NCBI GenBank assembly: GCA_963933835.1
Contig: CAWVVV010000001.1
Span: 192,001 to 256,000, forward strand
From: an uncultured Puniceicoccaceae bacterium
Lineage (GTDB): Bacteria > Verrucomicrobiota > Verrucomicrobiia > Opitutales > Oceanipulchritudinaceae
Reading direction: 5' to 3'
Length of the DNA: 64,000 bases
Shown here piece after piece: positions 18,298-28,507 of this stretch. The translations under genes were made by a program, and so were the position numbers. Every line of letters starts with the position of its first letter. Position 1 is the stretch's first letter. Below the pieces are notes generated by a model. The model searched no databases and had not been told where the DNA came from. It was given only the letters and a program-made list of their open reading frames with translations.

Positions 18298-19941
18298 TCA
18301 GAAAGTGCTACTGGTGTATTTGCGACGGAGGCGATTACGGATGATGATCGCGCCAAGATTCATCACAACGACAAGAGCAATGAGGAGCAATGTAGTGGCG
18401 AAAACGATCGGGCGGGCGGCCTCAGAGTCCGGGGATTGAAACCCTAAGTCATAGATATGAAAACCGAGGTGCATGAATTTGCGCTCAAGGTGAGCAAAGG
18501 GGTATTCACCATCGAGAGGAAGGCTCGGAGAAAGCTTTACCACCCCAACGAGCATGAGCGGTGCGACCTCCCCTGCCCCACGGGCCATCGCCAGGATAAG
18601 ACCGGTAAGAATCCCTGGCGTCGATACGGGAAGGACAATACGCAGAATCGTCTGCCACTTAGAAGCACCACAAGCGAGAGAGGCATCGCGCACGCCTTGG
18701 GGAACTGAAGCAAGGGCTTCCTCGGTCGCGACAACGACGACCGGCACCGTCATTAGGGCCAAGGTCAAGGACGCCCAAAGAATGCCTCCGGTTCCAAAGG
18801 TCGCGGTTGGCAATTCATTACTAAATAAAAGCTGATCGAGGGTTCCGCCAACGAAGTAGACAAAGAACCCGAGGCCAAAAACGCCAAAGACGATCGATGG
18901 CACACCTGCCAAATTGTTCACCGCGATACGCACACCCCGAACAAAAAGCCCCTGCTTAGCATATTCCCTGAGATAGATGGCCGCCAAGACACCAAAAGGC
19001 ATCACCGCGGCACTCATCAGAACGGTCATGACAAAGGTTCCAAAGATAGCAGGGAAGATGCCTCCTTCGGTGTTCGCCTCACGTGGACTGTCGCTGAGAA
19101 AGCGCCAGATTTCAGCGAAGAAAAATCCTATTTTTTGGAAGAGACCCAACTGGTTGGGTTGGTGGACCCGAATGAAATCTCCGAGCACTTGGCTTCGAAC
19201 TTCACCCGACGGAAGTCGGAAACTCAGACTGCCCACCTTCTGTTTATTACGCAGTTGGCGCGCTTCCGTTGCGAGGACCTCATAGTCTACCTGAAGGGCA
19301 TCGATTCGTCCATTAATCGATTCAATTGAAGCACTGTCACCTTCTGTCTCCAAGCCACGTAAACGCTGACGCAGAGATTTCATCTTATGGTTAATCTTCC
19401 CGATCCGCTTTTTCTCCAATTTACGGATGGCTACACGACGATCATTAACGCTATCGAGAGCGGCTTCCAAGCGGACAACGAAATCAGCATCATCAACCAA
19501 GACCGCGGCGCCCTGCTCGGTCTTAAGCTCCAATGGATAAAAAATCGCGTCACCATACTCCATCCGCTCAGCGACAAAGATGTTTGCAGGGTTACTTACT
19601 TCTAAAATATCAGCCTCGTCGATGTAGTGAAACATCATCCCATAGGTATCTTTATTACCTACAAAGAGCTGCCATTCTTCACCGATCGCATTAGTTTTTG
19701 CCTGCTTCTTAGCAATTGAACCGGCAAGGACGCTACTCCCACTCAAGGCATATTGAGAATCTTCACGTAGTTTAATTTCCACTACAGGGTGTGGCCAAAA
19801 CACGGTAATCCCTTGCCAGAAGACAATCCCCAGCAGGCCGATAACCATGAGAATCCCTGTAGCGAGACCTGCCGCAGCGAGCCATACTTGAACCTCTCCC
19901 TTCGGGCGGGCCTTAAAATCGAACTGAGTCTTTGATTCCAT
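18298..19941 (-). CDS. pstA: Phosphate ABC transporter permease PstA (long form)
   Basis: [29 protein letters not shown] and [10 protein letters not shown]. Confidence 0.94.
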   Translation of the reverse strand: MESKTQFDFKARPKGEVQVWLAAAGLATGILMVIGLLGIVFWQGITVFWPHPVVEIKLREDSQYALSGSSVLAGSIAKKQAKTNAIGEEWQLFVGNKDTYGMMFHYIDEADILEVSNPANIFVAERMEYGDAIFYPLELKTEQGAAVLVDDADFVVRLEAALDSVNDRRVAIRKLEKKRIGKINHKMKSLRQRLRGLETEGDSASIESINGRIDALQVDYEVLATEARQLRNKQKVGSLSFRLPSGEVRSQVLGDFIRVHQPNQLGLFQKIGFFFAEIWRFLSDSPREANTEGGIFPAIFGTFVMTVLMSAAVMPFGVLAAIYLREYAKQGLFVRGVRIAVNNLAGVPSIVFGVFGLGFFVYFVGGTLDQLLFSNELPTATFGTGGILWASLTLALMTVPVVVVATEEALASVPQGVRDASLACGASKWQTILRIVLPVSTPGILTGLILAMARGAGEVAPLMLVGVVKLSPSLPLDGEYPFAHLERKFMHLGFHIYDLGFQSPDSEAARPIVFATTLLLIALVVVMNLGAIIIRNRLRRKYTSSTF

Positions 19942-19961
19942 TGGAAAACGTAGTGGTCAGA

Positions 19962-22247
19962 TCAACCAGACACCTTGTAACGATCACGGAGCTTTTGGCG
20001 GAGGAGTTCGGCCAAGGTATTGATCGTGAAAGTGAGAACAAAAAGAACGAAGGCTCCAAGGAACAGGGTGCGATAAAGAGTGCCGCCATGCGGTGCTTCA
20101 GGAAGTTCGACTGCAATATTGGCCGAAAGGGTCCGCATGCCGGTGAAGATATTCACATCCATGATCGCGGTATTCCCAGTCGCCATCACTACGATCATCG
20201 TCTCTCCGACGGCTCGGCCGAGGCCGATGATCAAAGCAGAAAAAATGCCTGCGGCAGCCCCTGGCAAGACGACCCGCATCGTTGTTTGCCAACGACTAGC
20301 ACCCAGCGCAAGGGAAGCTGAAACAAGATTTCTCGGGACGTTGGATAGTGCGTCCTCGGCGATGGTGAAGATAAGCGGAATGACGGCAAAACCCATCATG
20401 ATCCCGACGACGAGCGAATTACGCTGTTGGTAGCTTTCACCCGAAAACTGTGACCACCAGAGTCTAAAGTCTGCGGTCTTCGTCCCCGTCGCTGGATCGA
20501 CTACGTTGAAGACAAGGCCTTCGAAAGCAGGTCCAAGTTTCCAACCCACCCAGCCAGCAACAAGCAAGATGGGTAAGAAAACAACGAATTCTGAACCCGA
20601 GGGAATAAGGACACGGATGTTAACGGGAAAACGATTCCAGATGTAGCCGACAAGGCTCGCCGTTCCGACGATGGCAACGATGAGGAGAATGAATGAAGGC
20701 ACCTGATTATCTAAAATCGGGGCGAGCCAGAGGGCTCCTAAGAAGCCCAGCACGACCGAGGGCAATGAAGCCATAATCTCCATCGTCGGCTTGATCACTT
20801 GTTTCAAACCAGGGCGCAGAAATTGTGAGGTATAAATTGCGGCGAGGAGAGCAATCGGCACGGCAAATAGCAATGCGTAGAAGGTGCCCTTTAGCGAACC
20901 ACTGATGAGGGGGATGAGAGACAGCTTCGGCTCGAAGTCGTCCGTGCCGCCAGTTGATTGCCAGGTGTATTTCGCTTTTCCCTGCCCTTCATACCAAATC
21001 TTGCCGAAGAACGCCCGGATGCCGGCCTCAGGATGAGGGTCATCAAGCACTGATATCTCAAGTTCACCCTCTTGAGATAAGACGAGGATTCGGTCGTATT
21101 TCTCACCGATGAGCATGTCCGCGAGAGGAGCGTCGAGGGTGCGCTGCCAGCGGACTTTTTCCGTCGTGGCATAGCGCAATGAGAGCTCGGCACCGTCGGT
21201 GACAAGATAGGCCTTATTTCGAATACTCGCCTTGAAATTAGTCGCACCCGTGGAGAGCGCAACGAGGCTCTTTGTTTGCACGAATTGCAGTCCCTTCTCA
21301 GGAGATGGCGTCAAACTGAAGATGGCGTTCTCACCCGTTGCCGAAGTCAGGTTTAGTGAAACGGCCCCTTGCAGAAAATGCATCGAAGCAAGCGTCCCCT
21401 CAGGGAATGGCTGGAAGAGCTGCTCAAGCGTCCAGACACTACCCGCTTGGCGGAAGTAGGCGATGCGGTCATCTACGAGGCGGGCGACGAGCTCTTGCCC
21501 ACCGGTGCCAATGAGCAAATCGACCGGCTCAGAAGGCAGGCTATCGGTGAGGTCGAAAGTCTTATCCTGCTTAAAGGTCCCTGCCCCAAAAAGACTTCGC
21601 TTGCGGACATAGGTGACGAGTTGAAGGGTGCTCACTCCACTCAGTGCATCTTTAGCTATGACCCCCACCGTGCGCCGAGAATCGCCGGTATTAAAGGAGA
21701 TCGCTTCGATCGCTCCCTGCCCTGATGGGTGCGGAGATGCCGCTTTAACGGAGGATGTAACGGTCCGAGCAGCGTCAGGAGCAAAGATTGGCTTGTATGT
21801 AACTGAGACTAAAACGGTGCGACCGTCGCTACTGCCAAGGAGGAGCTCCTGATCCGTTTGATGATAGTCCCATGAATGAATTTTAAAATCTGCCGGGATG
21901 GGGAGGGAAGCGGTTTCTGTCGTGCCCCCCGCTACATCGACCCATGTGATGTCTCCGCCAGCCGAGATGATGAATGGGCGCTCGGTCCACTCGTCTGATC
22001 CGAGAATTATAGGATCGGCAATATCCGTCCGAATTTCCGTCAACGGGCGCACCGACGGTGCCTGAAAGAGCGGAAGGACTTCGGCAAAGATGAAAAAACA
22101 GATCCCAAATACGGCAAGGATGACTCCAACGCCTCCTACGACAATAAATCGGCCCATTAGCCGATCCATCCTCAATATGCCTTTCGAAACCGAAAAACGA
22201 TTGGGATCAAGCTCTCTAGGTTGATTCGATGGAGATTCGGAATCCAT
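19962..22247 (-). CDS. pstC: Phosphate ABC transporter permease PstC (long form with beta-rich soluble domain)
   Basis: WQSTGGTDDFEPKLSLIPL, EIMASLPSVVLG and GRAVGETMIVVMATGN. Confidence 0.92.
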   Translation of the reverse strand: MDSESPSNQPRELDPNRFSVSKGILRMDRLMGRFIVVGGVGVILAVFGICFFIFAEVLPLFQAPSVRPLTEIRTDIADPIILGSDEWTERPFIISAGGDITWVDVAGGTTETASLPIPADFKIHSWDYHQTDQELLLGSSDGRTVLVSVTYKPIFAPDAARTVTSSVKAASPHPSGQGAIEAISFNTGDSRRTVGVIAKDALSGVSTLQLVTYVRKRSLFGAGTFKQDKTFDLTDSLPSEPVDLLIGTGGQELVARLVDDRIAYFRQAGSVWTLEQLFQPFPEGTLASMHFLQGAVSLNLTSATGENAIFSLTPSPEKGLQFVQTKSLVALSTGATNFKASIRNKAYLVTDGAELSLRYATTEKVRWQRTLDAPLADMLIGEKYDRILVLSQEGELEISVLDDPHPEAGIRAFFGKIWYEGQGKAKYTWQSTGGTDDFEPKLSLIPLISGSLKGTFYALLFAVPIALLAAIYTSQFLRPGLKQVIKPTMEIMASLPSVVLGFLGALWLAPILDNQVPSFILLIVAIVGTASLVGYIWNRFPVNIRVLIPSGSEFVVFLPILLVAGWVGWKLGPAFEGLVFNVVDPATGTKTADFRLWWSQFSGESYQQRNSLVVGIMMGFAVIPLIFTIAEDALSNVPRNLVSASLALGASRWQTTMRVVLPGAAAGIFSALIIGLGRAVGETMIVVMATGNTAIMDVNIFTGMRTLSANIAVELPEAPHGGTLYRTLFLGAFVLFVLTFTINTLAELLRQKLRDRYKVSG

Positions 22248-22397
22248 AGTGGGTTCAACAGTTCGGCTAAGGCAATGGGTTGATCTACCAAGGACAAGTC
22301 TGGAAAAAAGAAAGTGGTCGACGGAACCGGCCACTTGCTCAAAAAACCACGTTCCTAGAGCTACGTAAGAGGCTCAATGAAACCCGTGAGTAAAACC

Positions 22398-23360
22398 CTA
22401 TTCGAAGAGTGCGATGATCTGCTCAGCGTACTCATTCGTTAGAGGGAAATAGCCATCTTTGACGACGATCTCCTGCCCTTCTTTGGAGAGAACAAACTTC
22501 AGAAACTCCATTGTTAGAGCATCCAGCGAGCCGACGGGGGATTTGTTCACATAGACATAGAGGAAGCGGGCCAATGGATAGTCCTGAGTGAGACAGTTCT
22601 CGTAGCTCGGATCAAAGATGGCGTCTTCAGACTCACCTAGGCCAAGGACTTTAACGCCAGAAGTGCGATAGCCGATTCCAGAGTAACCGATGCCGTAGAT
22701 ATCGCTTGATATCCCTTGAACAACCGCAGAGGAGCCTGGTTGCTCTTTTACGGTCGAGCGGAAATCACCCTTTGAAAGTGCGACCCCCTTAAAGAAGCCA
22801 TAAGTACCAGAAGCACTGTTACGTCCGTAAGCGGAGATGCCGTGCTGAGCCCAACTGTCTTCCAGTCCAAGATCTCCCCAGGTGTCGAGCGCAGTGCCAC
22901 CCCGTTTGAAGGTGTTGGAGAAGATACTGTCGACCTGCTCTAGAGTGAGGTGTGTGAGGGGATTGTCCTTATGCACATAGACCGCAAGGGCATCGATCGA
23001 GACAGGAATCGCGGTCGGCTTATAACCAAAGCGCTCTTCGAATTTATCTTCTTCAGTCGGCTTCATGGCCCGACTCATCGGCCCCAGCTGTGCCGTTCCT
23101 TCAATCAAAGCAGGTGGCGCCGTCGAGGAGCCCTTCCCTTCGATTTGGATGTGCACATTTGGATAGATCGCTTGAAACGATTCCGCCCAAAGTGTCATGA
23201 GGTTGTTCAAGGTATCTGAGCCGATGGAGTCCAAGTTCCCAGAGACCCCTGATACAGGGCTGTAGCTTGGCAGGCTAGGGTCTACTTCGATAACAGCCGC
23301 AGCTGGGAGGCAAAGGGCCAGTGCGAGCCCAGCGGTGAGGATACGAATAGGTGATTTCAT
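22398..23360 (-). CDS. pstS: Phosphate-binding protein PstS
   Basis: Signal peptide, GSDTL, GKGSSTAPPAL, GRNSASGTYGFFK and YPLARFLYVY. Confidence 0.95.
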   Translation of the reverse strand: MKSPIRILTAGLALALCLPAAAVIEVDPSLPSYSPVSGVSGNLDSIGSDTLNNLMTLWAESFQAIYPNVHIQIEGKGSSTAPPALIEGTAQLGPMSRAMKPTEEDKFEERFGYKPTAIPVSIDALAVYVHKDNPLTHLTLEQVDSIFSNTFKRGGTALDTWGDLGLEDSWAQHGISAYGRNSASGTYGFFKGVALSKGDFRSTVKEQPGSSAVVQGISSDIYGIGYSGIGYRTSGVKVLGLGESEDAIFDPSYENCLTQDYPLARFLYVYVNKSPVGSLDALTMEFLKFVLSKEGQEIVVKDGYFPLTNEYAEQIIALFE

Positions 23361-23440
23361 TAATCGAATTGAAGTGAGTTTCAGATACGGACAATGGCCT
23401 GCTCTAGCCACAGATACGTGAAGAACAGGTGACTATATGG

Positions 23441-24778
23441 TTAAAAGAGGAGTTGGAGACGGGAGCGAACACTATTGATCGTCGCATCGCCTTGGCTACC
23501 GGTGAGATTATCTGAGTAGTTAGCCCACTCATAACCGAAACTGAGCTTGATGCTGTTTCCTTTGATCAACCAGTCGGCGCCAATGTAATAGGCTTCAGCG
23601 GTATCGAAGAGCGCTGCTCCGTTTTCAGGTGCGCGGCGCATCGTGCTACTGATGTCAGCGCCAACACCGCCATCTGCATCGAGGAAGGACACTCGACCGA
23701 CAAGATTGATACTTGGATTCAGATTAAAAACACTTGTGAGGTAGAGCGCCTGAGGTTTCGCATCGCCCGAGGCAGTCGCATTTTCGAAGACACCACTCAG
23801 GTATTCGAAATCGAAACGAAGGGCCTCAAACTGGGTGCGGGCGAAGACTCCCCAAACTAAGTCCGTAGATCCATCGACGCGCTGATCAGGTATCCAACCA
23901 CCGTTCGCACCGAGTTCAAGATGTGCGCCTGAGACCTCCCCTGCCCAGCTTGTCCGAGCCCAGATGGCGATCTCATCGTTTTCAGATCCAGATGCGACAA
24001 CACCTTGGGACGGATTCGTCAATGCGAGGCTGAAAGAAACTCCAGAGTCATAGTTGCCATGCAAAGTGATCCCTGTGTGACGAGCGCCATAATCAAGCTG
24101 CTCTGTAAAATAGCGGGTTGCGATCGAGCGCTCGACGGCCGGAATCTTCGATGAAGAAGTCGTTTCCTCTATACCAAAAGGAGTCTTCTGAAATCCAAGA
24201 TCGAGTTTGTGCTGATCAGAAAGCTTAAACGATACGAGTGCCTTTTCGAGCTTACCGTCACCATCTGCATTTGACCCAAAAGTAGCGGTCAGACTGCCCG
24301 TCACCTTGGGGCCGATATCTGCCGAAACCCCCAAATAAAGGCGGCGAAGAAAGAGATTAAGTTCATCATCCGGAGAGGCGGCATTTCCATAATCCGTGCT
24401 CAAATAATCCATCTGTGCATGAATGCGGCCACTGATAGTGATCGAATCTACAGCCTTGTCCTTCGCTTTCACGATGAAGCTAGGTTGCTCCGCCGCTGGC
24501 GCTGGAGCAAGCGGTGCCGTCGCCGGTGCACTCTGCGTCGTGTTTTTTAGGCCGAAGGCCTGTTCTTGGGTGATCGCGCCATTACTGACGAGAAGACTGA
24601 GGAGAGCAGGATCGATCAAACCACTCTCCGTTGTCTCGATTGTTCCAGCCTGCTCCGACGTAATCACGTTGTTGCTGACGAGCAGGTCGAGGAGAGCCGA
24701 ATCTGTCGCTGCATGGACGCATGAAAGCATCGAGAGGCTGAGAAGTGCCAAGTAGCTCTTAGATTTTTGGTTGTTCAT
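23441..24778 (-). CDS. Phosphate-selective porin (OprO/OprP-like)
   Basis: Signal peptide, LLDLLVSNNVIT repeats, LRRLYLG, KTPFGIEETTSS...VERS and C-terminal QLLF; directly upstream of pstS. Confidence 0.78.
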   Translation of the reverse strand: MNNQKSKSYLALLSLSMLSCVHAATDSALLDLLVSNNVITSEQAGTIETTESGLIDPALLSLLVSNGAITQEQAFGLKNTTQSAPATAPLAPAPAAEQPSFIVKAKDKAVDSITISGRIHAQMDYLSTDYGNAASPDDELNLFLRRLYLGVSADIGPKVTGSLTATFGSNADGDGKLEKALVSFKLSDQHKLDLGFQKTPFGIEETTSSSKIPAVERSIATRYFTEQLDYGARHTGITLHGNYDSGVSFSLALTNPSQGVVASGSENDEIAIWARTSWAGEVSGAHLELGANGGWIPDQRVDGSTDLVWGVFARTQFEALRFDFEYLSGVFENATASGDAKPQALYLTSVFNLNPSINLVGRVSFLDADGGVGADISSTMRRAPENGAALFDTAEAYYIGADWLIKGNSIKLSFGYEWANYSDNLTGSQGDATINSVRSRLQLLF

Positions 24779-24860
24779 GAGATTAGATTACAATGTTCGG
24801 CAGACTGATTCAGATGGCACACACAAACACTCAACAAAAATCTACTATGCACCTGCAAAC

Positions 24861-24896
24861 GTCACCTTGGTGACATGAACGTCACGCCTTCGTAAC
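24861..24896 (-). promoter_or_regulatory. Pho-box-like direct repeats upstream of porin-pstSCAB-phoU
   Basis: On the minus strand: tGTTACgaaggcGTGACgttcatGTCAC. GTNAC units at plus-strand 24892, 24881 and 24870 have exact 11-bp spacing. Confidence 0.65.
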
Positions 24897-24947
24897 AAAA
24901 CTAGGCCTGAATAGGCGATCCGTCGTGTGGACGGGCCATCCACATCC

Positions 24948-24980
24948 AAAAAAAACGCCGACCTCTGAAGAGGCCGGCGT
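24948..24980 (-). terminator. Intrinsic terminator after the TonB-dependent receptor
   Basis: Minus strand ACGCCGGCCTCT-tc-AGAGGTCGGCG followed by T8. Confidence 0.85.
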
Positions 24981-25010
24981 CTATAAAAACAATTCTGAGC
25001 TAGAATAAAC

Positions 25011-28000
25011 CTAGAATTTCAAAGCACCACCGATGCTGATCGCGTAGTTACGATCGTTGTCGATTTGTGGGTTTTGCGGATCAGCCGTAAGGTCGTATTC
25101 GATCTTATTTGTAGCTGAATCGTATTCAGCAAATGCAACTTCGGAAGTGAAGCTGAACGGAACTTCAACCGTATGACCCCAATCATCGTTGAGCAAGTTG
25201 AGGAAGTTCTGCACACTGACCCAGAGCTCAAACTCAACGCGCTCAGTGACCATGAAGGAGTGAGCGAGACGGATATCAACCCGGTCGATCCAGTCACTTA
25301 CGCCTGAGTTACGATCCACGGTAGAGCCACGGTATTCCCGCAGCCCTTCTTGGCTATCGATGTAAGCAAAGAAGTCAGCGATCTCTGTCGCACTACCGTT
25401 CAGTGTCACACGTGAGTCATTAGCGCTTGAGGGAACGTAAAAGAGGTCATTTCCGGAGCGGTCGTCGTTGTTGTAGTCCCCATCAAAAACATAGCTATAG
25501 GGGCGACCACTACGACCTTCATAGACCATCGAGAAGATAGACTTGTTACGGTCGTTCCATTGCTTCTGGTAGGCGTATTGAACAAGAATACGGTGACGGG
25601 TTTCGTAGTTGGACCGAGACTCGACTTCTTCATTGCCATTGAAGATCGCGCGATTTCCGTAATTGGAACCAGCAGTGGAGCTCGTAACCGAGCTAACATC
25701 CGAAGATTCGCCATAGGTGTAGCTCGCGCTGAACGACCAGTTGTTGATCATTGGACGAGTCAGTGCGAAGCTCACGTTGGTGGCTTCACCCTTATCAGTG
25801 TTCCTTAGGTTGTATACTTCACCGTAATTACCGTTGAACCAGTTATCACCATCGTAATAGGCGCGACCATCTGGAGTCGTATCGATTGGGCTCAGATTGA
25901 GGTTCTCAACATAGATACCCTTGTTCGTCCAAGTCTGGAGCGCTTCAATCGTGAAGGTGAGGTTGGTTGATGGAATCTCAATATCGTAAGCGACATTTGC
26001 CTTCCAAACAGAAGGAAGCTCGAATGCGCGATCGATGAGGTCAACCTGACTTCCGCTAGGGCTAGCCACCTCAATGATTGGGCTACTTGGATCGAATTCG
26101 TTGTTCAGGTATTCGGTCAGTGTGATGCCTCTAATGACAGTAGTGCCGTCAGATTCAAATCCACGATTATCATATGCACCGGTTTCGTAATCGATCACCG
26201 AAGTCGTCGCACCGTTGTTGCTGAAGGCGTTCGAGAGATACACCCCAGGAACGCGCCCTTGGAAGAGCCCGATCCCACCACGGAATTGCTGACGCTCCTC
26301 TGAATCGAGGTCCAATTTGAATCCAGCACGCACTGAGAACTGATCCTTACCGTCGATCGTGTTCGTATTATCAAAACCAGTCAGACCACTTTGGGTCGTA
26401 AAGGTGGAGTTAAAGGTATTGTTTGCTGCGGGTGTTTGATTCGTGCTGAATTCATCTTTACGGATACCAAACAATAACTCCAGTCGCGAGTTCACTTGCC
26501 AAGTATCTTGAACGAATAAGCCTATGCCAGTGTAGTCCGAGCCCGCTGCAATCGACTCACCGGCGACACCCGTTTTACGGGCCATGAACGGGTTGGGGGA
26601 ACTGAAACTCTGCCGGATTATATCGTCATCAATAATCTGCTGCAAAGTTTCGAATTCAATATCACCATACACATCTTGGAGGAAGAGGTTTTCAAACTCG
26701 GTCTTTTCGTAATCGAAGCCTGTCACAATGGTGTGCTTACCCAGATAAATGGTTGCAGCTCCTTTGCCCTTCAATGTTTTCGTTGCGAGTTCATTGGCTT
26801 GGCGCGAGTCTTCAGAGCCGAAGAAAAGCTCAGCATTGGTTGAAGACGAGCCGTCTGCCGACGTGCCAGGGAATTTATCGATGATGATTTGCGGGAACAA
26901 GTTCGGGTCGTTGTAGGTCGGGGCCTTGTCGAAGGTGTCACGAGCCACACTGAACTCAGTTTCGACCACGTCGTTCCAACGGCTGTTTAACTGCGTCGCA
27001 AACGCAGTACTCTCAAAGGCATTCGTATAATAATGCGACTCCAAGGATGTTTCACCGAAGTCATCATACTCACCAAAGAGCGGCTCAGTCGCTTCCGTTT
27101 CAGAATAGCGAACAGTGAGGCGGTGCTGGTCGTTAATCACCCAATCGAGCTTCGCGAGAATTTTTTCGTCTTCTTGAGTCAGCGCTCCTGCACTGCCCCA
27201 GCCACCTGGATCATAACCCGTCGGGTAGGCCGTGGTTGAGAGGGTCGTCAGATAGTCACGCAAGCGCTGCACTTCAGCAGCATCAGGAATGAAGCCTGGG
27301 CTTGATGCTTCGCGCTCGATCTCAGCCTTCTCATAATTAACAAAGAAGAAGAGTTTATCCTTAAGGATCGGACCACCGAGGCTGATTCCATAGGTGTTTG
27401 ATTCGTATGCTGGACTTGCGCCCGTGCTAAAATTATCGGCGCGCAGACTGTCGTCTGAATAGAGGTAGTAGAGTTCACCCTCGAATTCATTCGTCCCGCT
27501 CTTTGTTACCGCATTGATCAGAGCTCCAGTGAAACCGCTACTGCGCACATCGTATGGTGAAACAGATACGCTGAACTGCTCAATCGTGCGGATAGGGAAA
27601 GGATTCAGAAGGGGAGGAAAGCCGGTTGCTTCGAGACCAAACTGGTCGTTGAGGTTAACCCCGTCGACTTGAACCGAGTTTTGGCGGAAGTGCTGGCCCG
27701 CTGCGTTGATTTCTAGGCGCTCTGGGTCCATGATCGCGATCAATGGATTTAAGCGAACGATATCAGCGATGTTCTCGTTGATCGAAGGGGTGATCTGAAT
27801 GGCTTCGCCAGCAATGACTGATCCCGAGCCGAAGCGATCGGAGTCGAAAATAGTGGCCGGGCGGGCATTCACTTCAAACGGCTCGAGTTCAATGACGTCA
27901 TCAGATGAGTCGAGGTTGGTCACGATACGAAGCGTTTGCGAGAGGCTAAGAACAATGCCATCCTCAATCGTCGAACGGTGGCCTCTGCTCGAAACCAAGA

Positions 28001-28247
28001 GCGAGTAGGGACCACCAACACGGAGACCCCCGAGGGCGTAGCGACCGGAAGAATCTGTCGTAGTGGTGTAAGAAGTATTTGTAGGAACGAAGGTGAGGAG
28101 GACCTCAGCTCCGGAAACCGAGCTATCGCCCGATACGACGCGTCCACTAAGGGCGGCCGTGGTCGATCCTTGACCGTGAACAGCAGCGGCAAAGACCAAC
28201 ATAGACATCAGAGCCAAGGCTCTTCGCATGTTTTGATTTAGTTTCAT
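25011..28247 (-). CDS. Oar-like TonB-dependent receptor with N-terminal carboxypeptidase-regulatory-like domain
   Basis: Signal peptide, TTTDSSGRY..GLRVGGPY, VDGVNLNDQFGL, PYDVRSSGFTGALINAVTKSGTNEF and terminal LKF. Confidence 0.9.
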   Translation of the reverse strand: MKLNQNMRRALALMSMLVFAAAVHGQGSTTAALSGRVVSGDSSVSGAEVLLTFVPTNTSYTTTTDSSGRYALGGLRVGGPYSLLVSSRGHRSTIEDGIVLSLSQTLRIVTNLDSSDDVIELEPFEVNARPATIFDSDRFGSGSVIAGEAIQITPSINENIADIVRLNPLIAIMDPERLEINAAGQHFRQNSVQVDGVNLNDQFGLEATGFPPLLNPFPIRTIEQFSVSVSPYDVRSSGFTGALINAVTKSGTNEFEGELYYLYSDDSLRADNFSTGASPAYESNTYGISLGGPILKDKLFFFVNYEKAEIEREASSPGFIPDAAEVQRLRDYLTTLSTTAYPTGYDPGGWGSAGALTQEDEKILAKLDWVINDQHRLTVRYSETEATEPLFGEYDDFGETSLESHYYTNAFESTAFATQLNSRWNDVVETEFSVARDTFDKAPTYNDPNLFPQIIIDKFPGTSADGSSSTNAELFFGSEDSRQANELATKTLKGKGAATIYLGKHTIVTGFDYEKTEFENLFLQDVYGDIEFETLQQIIDDDIIRQSFSSPNPFMARKTGVAGESIAAGSDYTGIGLFVQDTWQVNSRLELLFGIRKDEFSTNQTPAANNTFNSTFTTQSGLTGFDNTNTIDGKDQFSVRAGFKLDLDSEERQQFRGGIGLFQGRVPGVYLSNAFSNNGATTSVIDYETGAYDNRGFESDGTTVIRGITLTEYLNNEFDPSSPIIEVASPSGSQVDLIDRAFELPSVWKANVAYDIEIPSTNLTFTIEALQTWTNKGIYVENLNLSPIDTTPDGRAYYDGDNWFNGNYGEVYNLRNTDKGEATNVSFALTRPMINNWSFSASYTYGESSDVSSVTSSTAGSNYGNRAIFNGNEEVESRSNYETRHRILVQYAYQKQWNDRNKSIFSMVYEGRSGRPYSYVFDGDYNNDDRSGNDLFYVPSSANDSRVTLNGSATEIADFFAYIDSQEGLREYRGSTVDRNSGVSDWIDRVDIRLAHSFMVTERVEFELWVSVQNFLNLLNDDWGHTVEVPFSFTSEVAFAEYDSATNKIEYDLTADPQNPQIDNDRNYAISIGGALKF

Positions 28248-28507
28248 AAGGAGTTTAGTTTGCTGGGGGCAATGTGGGCAGTCCGTGAACAAATGAAGCC
28301 TGCACACTCTGTAAATCCATCGATGGGGGTTAAGACACTCATAAGCCGTAATAATCTGGCTAACTTGTTAGGGCCTAATACCCATAATAATTCATTAAAT
28401 CGGAGCGCGCTGGAGCCATAGCGATCTTACCGCTGAAGAGGGGGCTTTAGAAATCCTCGAACAAACAAAACGCTCGGCATTGGCACGAGGATTGTCACCA
28501 AAGGCTT

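Noticed and set aside
28320..28400. Pho-box array upstream of the TonB-dependent receptor
   Set aside because: AT-rich with several TAA units, but no clean 11-bp-periodic GTNAC repeat.
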